Source of the DNA: a virus
Lineage: Duplodnaviria; Caudoviricetes
Length of the DNA stretch: 41,934 nt
Virus record (IMG/VR): IMGVR_UViG_3300005326_000076
Span: 1 to 41,934 of that record
Strand: one strand, 5' to 3'
This document shows, in pieces, positions 9,562 through 18,629 of this stretch. The position numbers and the translations under genes were made by a program. The notes under the pieces were generated by a model. That model made no database searches and had not been told where the DNA came from. It worked only from the letters and a program-made list of their open reading frames with translations. Each line of letters starts with the position of its first letter. Position 1 is the stretch's first letter.

Positions 9562-9984
9562 ATGGCGCAGACGGTAAGCACTGGAACAAAGGGAATCGCG
9601 GAGGCCATACTGACGCGCCTTACCGCGCTAACTGGAATCGCGTCTGGTTACGACTATCCGATTCGCGACATTCGATCCGCTCTCCCGTGCGTCGTGGTTT
9701 TCTACAATGGCGACAGGAACGAGCCAAATACCAATCACACATTCATGACCGAGTACACCTACAAAGCGATGATATACAAAAGTGTGTATGATGGCGGAGC
9801 GACAATGTGGGATGCCGTGCAGGACTTGAGGGATTTGGTCGTTGACAGCATACATTCAGACCGAAGTTTAGGCGGGCGAACGCTTGAGATGTTTGTAACA
9901 ACTGCTTCACCGTTTATAGACGATCAGGAGCGGTGCGGCGTTGAGTTCACACTACAAATAATGAGATATGAGGAGTACATCTAA
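9562..9984 (+). CDS. Tail terminator-like protein
   Basis: 140 aa, just before the major tail gene; LPCVVV and DRSLGG motifs. Confidence 0.6.
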   Translation: MAQTVSTGTKGIAEAILTRLTALTGIASGYDYPIRDIRSALPCVVVFYNGDRNEPNTNHTFMTEYTYKAMIYKSVYDGGATMWDAVQDLRDLVVDSIHSDRSLGGRTLEMFVTTASPFIDDQERCGVEFTLQIMRYEEYI

Positions 9985-11328
9985 ATGGCTAGGTACAACA
10001 AAAACGCGGGCTACATTGGAGCCGGAATCCAACAGGCGAAAGGTACGGCGGTTGTGCCTGAGCTGTTTATTGCCGCAACCGACGCAACCACGCTCACGCC
10101 GACGATGGAATTTGACCAGCAGAACGAGCTAGGAGACGGAATCTATCCCGGTCACACCGTAAAAACGCTTCACAAGATGGACGGTTCGTTCAACGCGAAC
10201 GCAAAAGCAGACTTGATTACGTTCCTGTTTGATGCGTTCTTTGGTTCGGACACGATCAGCGGCGCGGCGGCACCGTACACGCATGTTATTATCCCGAACG
10301 CGACACCTGCCAACGTTCCGTGGATTACATTAATTCGTGACGTTGCGGGGCAGATCAAAGAGGAATTCACCGATTGCCGCATCAAAGAGTTGACGGTAGC
10401 GGGCGAAAAGGGGAATCGGATCACGGTTGCGGTATCCGTAATTGGACTGACGAGCAAGCCTGCGACTTTCACCTATTCCCCGACCTATGAAACCATCAAC
10501 AACATGTTCATGTTCTATGATGGAACATACACCAAAGACGGCACGGCAATCGGCACGATTAGCGCGTTCTCGATCACGTTTAGAGCGGACGTTGTGGAAG
10601 ATGACCAGACAACGGGAATTGAACTCGCAGACGCGCCTGTTATCGGGTTTACGATTGAAACCACGTTCACGCTTGACGTAGACGCAACGAACCAAGCCGA
10701 ATACGATCTTGTATACTACGCTGGTGGCGCTGCTGCAACGGCGTTGGACGATGGCACGATGACGCTGCTGTTTGACAACGGGCTGGCAACTACGGACGAG
10801 CGCGAGTTAAAGATTGAGCTGCACAAACTGATTTATACTGCGCAACCGCTTGAAACCGACGCATCGAGCAAAGAGCAATTGCAGTATGAAGTGACCGCGC
10901 ATTGTGAGAAGCATTCCTCGAACGGGCTTGCGACGATCACCACGAAGTCGGGCAGATTGACGGGGCCAGCGGCAACACGGGCAACGGGTACGCTGACATT
11001 CATGGGCGTTTCGGCGGATACGCAGCTTGTTACGATTAACTCGCGCGTGTATGAATTCACGACAGACGGCGTTCTTGAGGCTGGATCACACGTTGCGGTT
11101 GACATCTCTGGTGGCGCTACCGCTGATCTGAGCGTTACCGGGCTTGCAGCGGCTATCAATGCGGATGCTTCGGCATCGGTTACGGCAATTGCAAACACTA
11201 CCGCTGATACGGTTGTGGTGCTGGCAAAGGTTCCCGGTGTTGTTGGCAACGCTTACAACTCGACTACGACTTGCGCGAACGCGTCTTGGGGCGCGGCAAC
11301 TCTCGCGGGTGGAACGAACAACGGTTAA
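9985..11328 (+). CDS. Major tail (tube) protein with extra C-terminal domain
   Basis: Upstream of the chaperone and tape measure genes. Tube-like motifs (YTHVIIP, ITLIRDV, FTDCRIKELTV). About 120 aa of Ala/Thr/Gly-rich extension. Confidence 0.8.
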   Translation: MARYNKNAGYIGAGIQQAKGTAVVPELFIAATDATTLTPTMEFDQQNELGDGIYPGHTVKTLHKMDGSFNANAKADLITFLFDAFFGSDTISGAAAPYTHVIIPNATPANVPWITLIRDVAGQIKEEFTDCRIKELTVAGEKGNRITVAVSVIGLTSKPATFTYSPTYETINNMFMFYDGTYTKDGTAIGTISAFSITFRADVVEDDQTTGIELADAPVIGFTIETTFTLDVDATNQAEYDLVYYAGGAAATALDDGTMTLLFDNGLATTDERELKIELHKLIYTAQPLETDASSKEQLQYEVTAHCEKHSSNGLATITTKSGRLTGPAATRATGTLTFMGVSADTQLVTINSRVYEFTTDGVLEAGSHVAVDISGGATADLSVTGLAAAINADASASVTAIANTTADTVVVLAKVPGVVGNAYNSTTTCANASWGAATLAGGTNNG

Positions 11329-11336
11329 GGAGAATT

Positions 11337-11627
11337 ATGAATAAGATCAATCTTGACGCAGCGGCGATTGGTGATGTTGAAGTGGTTATCGGCGGGGAAT
11401 CGTATATTGTCCCCGCTGACCTTGACATGGACGAAACCATCAAGCTAATGGAGCTTTCCGAACAAGCTCAAAACGGAGATATGAAATCGAGCATTGAAGT
11501 GCTCAAGTTTGTCAAGGGATTATTCTCGATCAAAAATAGCGAGGAACAGGTGAAGAAACTCCGCATCAGCATCCAGCAAGCAACAGAACTGCTCACGGAA
11601 CTGATGAGCGCAGGAAAAAACGCCTAG
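11337..11627 (+). CDS. Tail assembly chaperone (gpG-like)
   Basis: AAGGAG RBS, ATG 11337; between the tail tube and tape measure genes; ends in a slippery sequence. Confidence 0.8.
   Translation: MNKINLDAAAIGDVEVVIGGESYIVPADLDMDETIKLMELSEQAQNGDMKSSIEVLKFVKGLFSIKNSEEQVKKLRISIQQATELLTELMSAGKNA
11615..11621 (+). promoter_or_regulatory. -1 ribosomal frameshift site A AAA AAC
   Basis: In-frame GGA AAA AAC GCC TAG. The -1 frame (CGC CTA GAG CCA ...) is open into ORF 11663..11869. Confidence 0.8.
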
Positions 11628-11662
11628 AGCCATCTGACACGAGACTTCGCATCTACTCCGCG

Positions 11663-11869
11663 ATGGTATCTATTATGAGATTTACTTATGGTGGAATTAC
11701 CTTCGCGGACATGATGCGGATGCCGCGAACCGAGTATGAAACGTGGATGATGGCATGTGAAGAACTAGCAAGCGCGGACAAGCCGAGCAGAAAAGCATAC
11801 CAAGATAGAGGTTTGGACGCGGAGTGGCGAGAAGCTAAAGCCACTGTTGAGAAGAATCAGAAGAGGTAA
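11663..11869 (+). CDS. Tail assembly chaperone frameshift extension (gpT-like)
   Basis: Reached by -1 slip from the upstream ORF; lacks an obvious RBS of its own. Confidence 0.75.
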   Translation: MVSIMRFTYGGITFADMMRMPRTEYETWMMACEELASADKPSRKAYQDRGLDAEWREAKATVEKNQKR

Positions 11870-11874
11870 AACAG

Positions 11875-13725
11875 ATGGCAAGAGCAACAATCTATATCGG
11901 CGCGGATACGGCTAAAGCTAACTCCGCGCTGAAATCTACCTCTAAGTCGGTTACTGCATTTGGCAAGGCGACGGTCAAGGCGGGAGCGAAAGTTGCTGGC
12001 GGTTTATTGAAGATGACAGCGGCATTCACTGCGATGGCGGTTGCTGTCGGCAAGAAAGCGGTTGATGCTTTCATCGAGAGCGAAAACGCGCAAATGCGAT
12101 TAGTCACGGTCACTAAGCAAACACTCAACGCGACGAAAGAACAAATACAAGCGTTTAACGATCAGGCAAAAGCACTCTCTAAGGTTACCACGGTTGAGGA
12201 TGACGCTATCACCGTTGGTCAGTCGCAGTTAGCATCGTTCACAAGATCGGCAGAGGTTGTCAAGATTCTCACGGGCGACATGCTCGATCTTGCCGTTGCG
12301 CAGTACGGCGCGAACGTTTCCGGCGACCAGATGCAACAGACCGCTAACATGATCGGTAAAGCGATGAGCGGTCAACTCGGAGCGATGACGCGAGCAGGCG
12401 TTCTCGTTTCGGAAGATCTAAAAAAAGCATTTGAAGCGGCGAACACCGAAGAAGAACGAGCGGCGGTTATCAGCGAGATTCTCACATCGAACTATGGAGG
12501 ACTGGCAGAGGCGGCATCGAAAACGGCGCAGGGCGGGTTGCTGCAACTTAAAAATAGAATTGGAGATATAGGCGAGGAAATAGGCGCGGTTATTGTTCCC
12601 GCAATTCTTGACCTTGTGCCGAAAGTTGACGAAGCATTGCCCGGAATCCTCAAAGGATTCAAAAACATCTATATCGGTATCACTGAAATACTTAGCGGAA
12701 CGGGTACGGGCGGGTCACGGCTTGCAACGGGTATCACAGAGCTAGTCACTCCAATCATTGAAGGACTCGCCGCCGCAGCTCCGCAATTAATCGAAGCGTT
12801 CACGCAGATCATGGTCACGCTAGTCAACAGCATCATGGAAAACAAAGAGCCGATATTTGAAGCGGCCAAGGCGTTGATTGAGACTTTAGGGATTGCGCTG
12901 ATTCAGCTTATACCAGAAGTTGTTGCGATGGGCATCGAGTTATTTACGGAACTGTTGCAGAGCTTTGCGGATGCAGACATTGCGGGAGAAATTACAAACG
13001 CTATCGTTTTGATCGTTGAAGCGATCACGGAAAATCTTCCGACAATCGTTGAAGCTGGCATGGAAATAACAATCGCGTTGACCGAAGGATTGATTGAGGC
13101 ATTCCCGCAGATACTTGACGCTATAATTGACATGATGCCGCTGCTTGTTCAGAAGATCATTGAAAATCTACCGCGATTCATTGCGGTTGGTATGCAACTT
13201 CTCGCGGCAATTATCATGGGTTGGACAGCAAGTATTCCGAGACTGCTAACGGCAATTTGGGAAGGCATCAAGGCGGGAGCATCTACTGCATATGAATCAG
13301 GCAAGAATATTGTCCAAGGCATGATAAACGGACTTGTTGACGCGGCAACAAATCTATATAACGAAGTCGAGAGGATTGCAAACAACGTCATCCGCAAGTT
13401 CAAGGATATCTTTGGAATCAAGTCACCTTCGCGTGTGTTTGCTGGTTTCGGCAAGTACATCATGGAGGGTTGGGCAAACGGCATGCTCGACAATCGCGGA
13501 TTGCTTGAAAGCGCGATGGGTCAGTCAATCAACAGTCTCGGTCAACCATTGCTTGCAAGCGGTGGCGGCGGTTCAGTCAATAATTATTCGTACAGCACCT
13601 ATGCGCCGCAAACCAACATGAGCGTGAACTCTCTGTTGACCGATAAGGGCGCGTTGCTACAGCTCAAAAGACTACTTGACAACGCAAGCGCATTAGAGAA
13701 CGTACGCAGAGGGGTGAGCGCATGA
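11875..13725 (+). CDS. Tape measure protein
   Basis: Ala/Ile-rich helical repeats and a C-terminal FGIKSPSRVF motif; follows the chaperones. Confidence 0.92.
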   Translation: MARATIYIGADTAKANSALKSTSKSVTAFGKATVKAGAKVAGGLLKMTAAFTAMAVAVGKKAVDAFIESENAQMRLVTVTKQTLNATKEQIQAFNDQAKALSKVTTVEDDAITVGQSQLASFTRSAEVVKILTGDMLDLAVAQYGANVSGDQMQQTANMIGKAMSGQLGAMTRAGVLVSEDLKKAFEAANTEEERAAVISEILTSNYGGLAEAASKTAQGGLLQLKNRIGDIGEEIGAVIVPAILDLVPKVDEALPGILKGFKNIYIGITEILSGTGTGGSRLATGITELVTPIIEGLAAAAPQLIEAFTQIMVTLVNSIMENKEPIFEAAKALIETLGIALIQLIPEVVAMGIELFTELLQSFADADIAGEITNAIVLIVEAITENLPTIVEAGMEITIALTEGLIEAFPQILDAIIDMMPLLVQKIIENLPRFIAVGMQLLAAIIMGWTASIPRLLTAIWEGIKAGASTAYESGKNIVQGMINGLVDAATNLYNEVERIANNVIRKFKDIFGIKSPSRVFAGFGKYIMEGWANGMLDNRGLLESAMGQSINSLGQPLLASGGGGSVNNYSYSTYAPQTNMSVNSLLTDKGALLQLKRLLDNASALENVRRGVSA

Positions 13726-14066
13726 CACTAGGAACGTGGACAATCCCTGCGGGATCACGGCTCACAACGACGCTACAAACAATCGAGACAACGAAGCGCA
13801 CGTATGGCGGAACGTTGAAGCGGGACATTAGAGCGCAAAAGCATTTTCACACGCTTGAAATCCCGATTCAAACGGGTACGGAATTTGATAGCTTGAAAGC
13901 ACTCAAAGAAACCGACGCAAACGTTTCGTTTGTCTACGCGGACGAGGACGGAACAGGAAACAACACAGAAACGGTATCGATTGGAAGCCTCACGTATATT
14001 CGTATGAAAGAGTATGCGTCGGGTATGTACATCGATAAACTTAGCTTGACGTTAGAGGAAGTATAA
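13722..14066 (+). CDS. Distal tail (Dit-like) protein
   Basis: 114 aa directly after the tape measure gene, ending LSLTLEEV. Confidence 0.6.
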   Translation: MTLGTWTIPAGSRLTTTLQTIETTKRTYGGTLKRDIRAQKHFHTLEIPIQTGTEFDSLKALKETDANVSFVYADEDGTGNNTETVSIGSLTYIRMKEYASGMYIDKLSLTLEEV

Positions 14067-15905
14067 ATGCTATTAGGAACAGCGGGACGCGCCGCGTTTG
14101 ACGCGGATGTGCGAAAACTGTATATCGAAAGCACGTTGAATTTGACTTCATCGTTTCTTGATACGTCGTTCACGTTTACTGCGCTTGCGGGTGGGGATTA
14201 TTTCTCATCCGCAAGTCAGACCAGTAATGATGTTTTGACTTCGCCGTTTAAGCGGTGGCACATCGGAGAAAGCAAGATTTCAGACAATCACGGGCTAATG
14301 GGTCTTAGCGCTGAATGCGGCTGGACTTCTAACGAGATATCGGGCGCGGGCGGCGCATTCTCCACTTCTCCCGTTTTAGAGCAAGAGTTTTCATCCCGAA
14401 CAATAGAAAAGATCACGATATACGGCGACGATCAATGGGGTGATTATCCTGTTGATTTCGTCGTTGCGCTATATTATTCTGGATCATATACCGATGTTGT
14501 AACGGTTACGGGCAATACGGCGGTTGGGTATGAGTATGATATGCCGTCCGCGCAAGCAGGAGTTACCAAGGCAAAGCTGACCGTTTCCAAGTGGAGCGTC
14601 GCGGGTAGACCTTCAAAAATCATAGAGTTTAACATTTCAAGAATCCTCAAACTTGACGAAGAAGATATATATGATTTTTCAGTACTGGAAGAAGATAACT
14701 ATGACGGCGGCACGTTGCCAATTGGCAAAATTTCCGCGAATCAATTAACGCTTTCGTTTTATGACGATGGCAGTATCACACTTCCCGAAATGCGCAGAAA
14801 TAAGATCGTCAGTTTGAATCTGATTGCAGAACTATCTGGCATTGAATATCCCGTTACGATGGGGCGATACTATGTCAAGGATTGGCAGATTGACAGATTA
14901 AACAAGACTATTACAGTAACGTGTTTCGATCTTATGTCGATTCTTGCGGAGGATACGTACTCGGCGGTTTTGCAGACAAACAAGACCGCGAAAGAACTTG
15001 CAGAAGCGATTTTAGCGGATAGTCAGTTGGAATCTTCCATGTACATTGTGGATGATGAATTGTCTAGCTTTGTTGTGCCATATTCTCTATTCAATCAAGT
15101 GACACATCAAGAGGCTTTATCGCAAGTGGTTTCGCTGGTGCTTGGTAAGGCTTACGTAGACCGCACTACGGGCGTTCTGGTGGTCAAGGGGGCAACGTCG
15201 GCAGCAAGTGACGGCGTGTCGCTGAAAACGTTCACAAACGCCTCTCACGTCCTGCAAACGGATACTCCGATTGAGCTTAACGACATTGCAACTGTCATCG
15301 ATGTGAATTGGTATGAGATCGTGATTGCGTCATCGGCTCTGGATGTGATAGAATCAACGGAGGAAATCACCGTTGCGGCGGGTGGAACGGCTCAAGCTAT
15401 TCTATCGTTTCCAGAAGATTATCTGACCGTATCGAATGTGGCAACTCCAACGTTCACGCAGAGCGGATCAGATATCACAATTTCGTCGTACACGGTTTAC
15501 GTTTGGGGCGTTGTAATCAATTTTGCGAACGCTGGAGGCACGGATCAAACCGTGGACTCGATTACAATCAACGGCAAACCAGTAACGCAGATTTTACACG
15601 CTTATGAAACCGCCGATAACACGGCAATCAGTAAATATGGGCGCGTGAAATATACCTATGATAATTTGCTGGTTCAAAGCAGAGCGCGCGCAGAAGCGAT
15701 TGGAACGGCTATCTTGACGGACTACGCAGATCCAACTGATACGATTGTATCTGATTTATGGGGCGCGCCGTATGCTTTGGTTGGGGATACCGTAACCATA
15801 CCAGACAGGGATGGAGCGAACCAGATTACACAGGTTGAACGAAGCGAGTTTGCATTTAACGATAGTGGACTCTCACACAGAATGACTTCAAAGATTGTGA
15901 GTTAA
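14067..15905 (+). CDS. Tail tip / baseplate hub protein
   Basis: LPIGKISANQL, MGRYYV, TCFDLMS, AYVDRTG and ISKYGR motifs; position after Dit. Confidence 0.7.
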   Translation: MLLGTAGRAAFDADVRKLYIESTLNLTSSFLDTSFTFTALAGGDYFSSASQTSNDVLTSPFKRWHIGESKISDNHGLMGLSAECGWTSNEISGAGGAFSTSPVLEQEFSSRTIEKITIYGDDQWGDYPVDFVVALYYSGSYTDVVTVTGNTAVGYEYDMPSAQAGVTKAKLTVSKWSVAGRPSKIIEFNISRILKLDEEDIYDFSVLEEDNYDGGTLPIGKISANQLTLSFYDDGSITLPEMRRNKIVSLNLIAELSGIEYPVTMGRYYVKDWQIDRLNKTITVTCFDLMSILAEDTYSAVLQTNKTAKELAEAILADSQLESSMYIVDDELSSFVVPYSLFNQVTHQEALSQVVSLVLGKAYVDRTTGVLVVKGATSAASDGVSLKTFTNASHVLQTDTPIELNDIATVIDVNWYEIVIASSALDVIESTEEITVAAGGTAQAILSFPEDYLTVSNVATPTFTQSGSDITISSYTVYVWGVVINFANAGGTDQTVDSITINGKPVTQILHAYETADNTAISKYGRVKYTYDNLLVQSRARAEAIGTAILTDYADPTDTIVSDLWGAPYALVGDTVTIPDRDGANQITQVERSEFAFNDSGLSHRMTSKIVS

Positions 15906-15907
15906 GT

Positions 15908-16570
15908 ATGGCAATTTTAACACCTAAAAGAAACTTCATAAGCGGGGACACGCCTTCACCAGATCACTTTAATTATGCGTCGGGCTTGATCGAATCATCT
16001 CCGACGATGAGTGGTACGGCGGCAGCGGGTGATTGCGTTATTTCTGTTGGCGGCACATGGACGGAATCGCAATCGGGTATTGCCATCTATGACGGTACAA
16101 ACGTCATTGGGAGCGGTGAGATTTGCGTTCTTACTGGACTGACCGCGTACGCGAAATATTACGCACAAGCTGACGGAGCAATTGGAACAACTATATCTTA
16201 TTATCCTGTTGGCATCGCGCTGTCAACTACACAGTTGTATGTATCGATTCCGGTAGAGCCGTATATTCCAATCGTCACCTATAACTCCGATCATACCGTG
16301 CTTTCAACCGAAAACGGAAACGATATCTGGATAACGAGCGCATCAAACTACACGCTCACAATTCCAACACAGGCGGTTGGCGGTTTCGCCGCTCAAACGT
16401 GGTTCCTAGTAACACGAGGGGGAACTGGTACTGTTACCATAGCGGGTGCTGGCGGCGTTACAATCGTATCGGCGGGAAGTCGATTAAAGGTTGCAGAGCA
16501 ATACGGATCATTACTCGTTACGAAAACGTCCGATAACAACTGGATTGTTAGGGGGGCGACGGGATCATGA
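15908..16570 (+). CDS. Minor tail/fibre protein
   Basis: Beta-rich; C-terminal GTGTVTIAGAGGVTI...QYGS...WIVRG resembles fibre/baseplate domains. Confidence 0.6.
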   Translation: MAILTPKRNFISGDTPSPDHFNYASGLIESSPTMSGTAAAGDCVISVGGTWTESQSGIAIYDGTNVIGSGEICVLTGLTAYAKYYAQADGAIGTTISYYPVGIALSTTQLYVSIPVEPYIPIVTYNSDHTVLSTENGNDIWITSASNYTLTIPTQAVGGFAAQTWFLVTRGGTGTVTIAGAGGVTIVSAGSRLKVAEQYGSLLVTKTSDNNWIVRGATGS

Positions 16571-17121
16571 TTAACAAACTCGAGGCGATACTTAGTGCTC
16601 CGAGAAAGTCCGTTAGCTTGACGAACATGGTTGTGGACGGAAACTTTCCGAACAGAGATAACTGGATTGACAACGGAACATATCTTACCACGTCGTCAAA
16701 TGAGGCATATTTCTTAGCAAACTCATCGAGCGACCGTGTTTATCAAAATAAATCCGTAGTAGCTGGTCGCAAATATTACGCTTGTGTTTGGATAAAGGCG
16801 ACCTCCGGAGCGAACGTTGTAATGGGTGCGGCTGATGGGTTTGGGACTTCCGCTAACACCTCTTATACGGGAGCCGGTTTGTATCAATTTTTAAGCTGTA
16901 TTTTAACATCTGCAAATACAACGGCAGCTGGATATATAAATGCGATCCGAGATGAGCGCAATTCCGGCTGGGATGTTGTAAACGCCAAGTACGCATCGTT
17001 CATCGATCTTACTACGGCATTCGGAGCAGGAAACGAACCGAATAAACAAACGATGGACAACATCATGGAACAATGGACTGACAAATGGCTCAACGGTACG
17101 CAAACGGCGTACTACTATTAA
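16567..17121 (+). CDS. Tail protein with probable carbohydrate-binding (CBM-like jelly-roll) domain
   Basis: NMVVDGNF...W, GRKYYACVWIK and IDLTTAFGAGNEP motifs seen in phage tail CBM-like modules. Confidence 0.6.
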   Translation: MINKLEAILSAPRKSVSLTNMVVDGNFPNRDNWIDNGTYLTTSSNEAYFLANSSSDRVYQNKSVVAGRKYYACVWIKATSGANVVMGAADGFGTSANTSYTGAGLYQFLSCILTSANTTAAGYINAIRDERNSGWDVVNAKYASFIDLTTAFGAGNEPNKQTMDNIMEQWTDKWLNGTQTAYYY

Positions 17122-17122
17122 C

Positions 17123-17251
17123 ATGCAACGCGCAGAAGTACTAGCGCTCCGTGATAAGTGGGAGCACAACGAAATAACGTCATGCGATGTATGGGATTAT
17201 GTCAACCGTGGCTATATTACGCGGCGCGAGGCGCTCTGGATTCTGCGCTGA
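17123..17251 (+). CDS. XkdX-like small protein (42 aa)
   Basis: Translated by eye: MQRAEVLALRDKWEHNEITSCDVWDYVNRGYITRREALWILR. V..G.IT..E motif after tail fibre genes; below the ORF-track cutoff. Confidence 0.55.
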   Translation: MQRAEVLALRDKWEHNEITSCDVWDYVNRGYITRREALWILR

Positions 17252-17252
17252 A

Positions 17253-17281
17253 TTGACACGAACAACAATATGTTGTATAAT
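17253..17281 (+). promoter_or_regulatory. Consensus sigmaA/sigma70 promoter
   Basis: TTGACA-17 nt-TATAAT. The spacer carries an inverted repeat ACAACA-ata-TGTTGT. Confidence 0.85.
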
Positions 17282-17312
17282 CGTTACAGTAAATACAACA
17301 TATGGAGGGCGA

Positions 17313-18614
17313 ATGGATTACAACTGTGTATGGCACGTTGAAGCAGAAAGACTAAAATTTGACGAACATCTAAGTTGGCGAGAAGTTGCGCGAGGCGTTG
17401 AGCAGTATCTTCCAGACATGGACGAAGCAACGCGAATGGAAAAAGTGAGGCGCGTGTTGCGTCGATCACCGAGATACGGACAGATAGAACAGCAGGACTT
17501 CCAGCGTGGAAGTGTAGAGTATAAATCAGACGGTCAGATAGTTTCGGAGAAGTTCATCACTTGTCGTGACGGAATCGACATGACACCTGAATACATCCTG
17601 TTTGCGCATGGACTTGATATTGAAAAGTGGGAAGTCGTTTCGTATAAAAACAATTTCTGGAATAGTCAAGTCAAGGGCGGCGCGAAACAAATCAGCTATC
17701 AATCGAAGTTGACCGCGAAACCGAAATCAGGTAGCGTCACATTCTCGGACTTCGACAGATACCTAAACGCAAAGACCTTTACAAATGACAAGCCGCTCAC
17801 CACGGCGTTGCAATATGATCCGAACGGTGAAACGCTTGAGATTGATCTTCCAGACCTTCACGCGGGGTTGCTTGCGTGGCGAATGGAAACGGGCGGAGAT
17901 TACGATTTGACCATAGCGCGAGATCGGTTTTTCTCCTGCATCAATGACGCAACAGACCGATGCAGTGGCAGAAAGTTTAAGAAGATTCTTTTCGTCACGT
18001 TGGGCGATCTCCTGCACTTCGACAATGACAAGCAGGAAACGACAAAGGGAACTTTCCAACAGGCAGACGGACGCACCGCAAAGATATTTGATTGCGTGTT
18101 GGATATGCTCATCGACGGAATTACGATGCTAGCAAACATCGCGCCCGTTGAAGTGATCTACTTAAGCGGAAACCATGACAGGGTTATGGGCTATGCGCTC
18201 ATGAGAGCGGTTGAAAAGGCGTTCGTCAAAGATGAGAACGTGCAATTCGACACCGCGCCGGATCCGCAGAAGTATCGGCTCGTCGGCGTGACGCTCATCG
18301 GGTTCACGCATGGCGATATGCCAACGAAGAACATGCCGAGTTGGTTGCAGCATCGAGCGCGCAAGGAATACGGCGAGAGCAAGTTTGCCGAGATTCACGC
18401 GGGGCATTTCCATTCGATCAAGACGGTTGAGGCGAAGCGCGATTTCAACCAGACAGATGATGTCGGTGGTATCGTTATTCGGTATCTTCCAACAATCTGC
18501 AACGCTTCATACTGGGAGCATCAACAGGGCTATGTGAGCGGCATGCAATCGGTTATGTCGTTTGTGTGGAGTGAAACGGTAGGCCTGCGCGAAATGTGGT
18601 ACAGTAGTTTATAG
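17313..18614 (+). CDS. Calcineurin-like metallophosphoesterase with N-terminal HTH-like region
   Basis: DLH, LGDLLHFD, GNHD, HGD and GHFH motifs in canonical order. GGAGG RBS before ATG 17313 (ORF track starts at 17187). Confidence 0.85.
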   Translation: MDYNCVWHVEAERLKFDEHLSWREVARGVEQYLPDMDEATRMEKVRRVLRRSPRYGQIEQQDFQRGSVEYKSDGQIVSEKFITCRDGIDMTPEYILFAHGLDIEKWEVVSYKNNFWNSQVKGGAKQISYQSKLTAKPKSGSVTFSDFDRYLNAKTFTNDKPLTTALQYDPNGETLEIDLPDLHAGLLAWRMETGGDYDLTIARDRFFSCINDATDRCSGRKFKKILFVTLGDLLHFDNDKQETTKGTFQQADGRTAKIFDCVLDMLIDGITMLANIAPVEVIYLSGNHDRVMGYALMRAVEKAFVKDENVQFDTAPDPQKYRLVGVTLIGFTHGDMPTKNMPSWLQHRARKEYGESKFAEIHAGHFHSIKTVEAKRDFNQTDDVGGIVIRYLPTICNASYWEHQQGYVSGMQSVMSFVWSETVGLREMWYSSL

Positions 18615-18629
18615 AAAGAAGCTGAAACG

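Noticed and set aside
17187-17312. Longer N-terminus of the phosphoesterase given by the ORF track
   Set aside because: It overlaps the XkdX-like ORF and the promoter; the GGAGG RBS supports ATG 17313.
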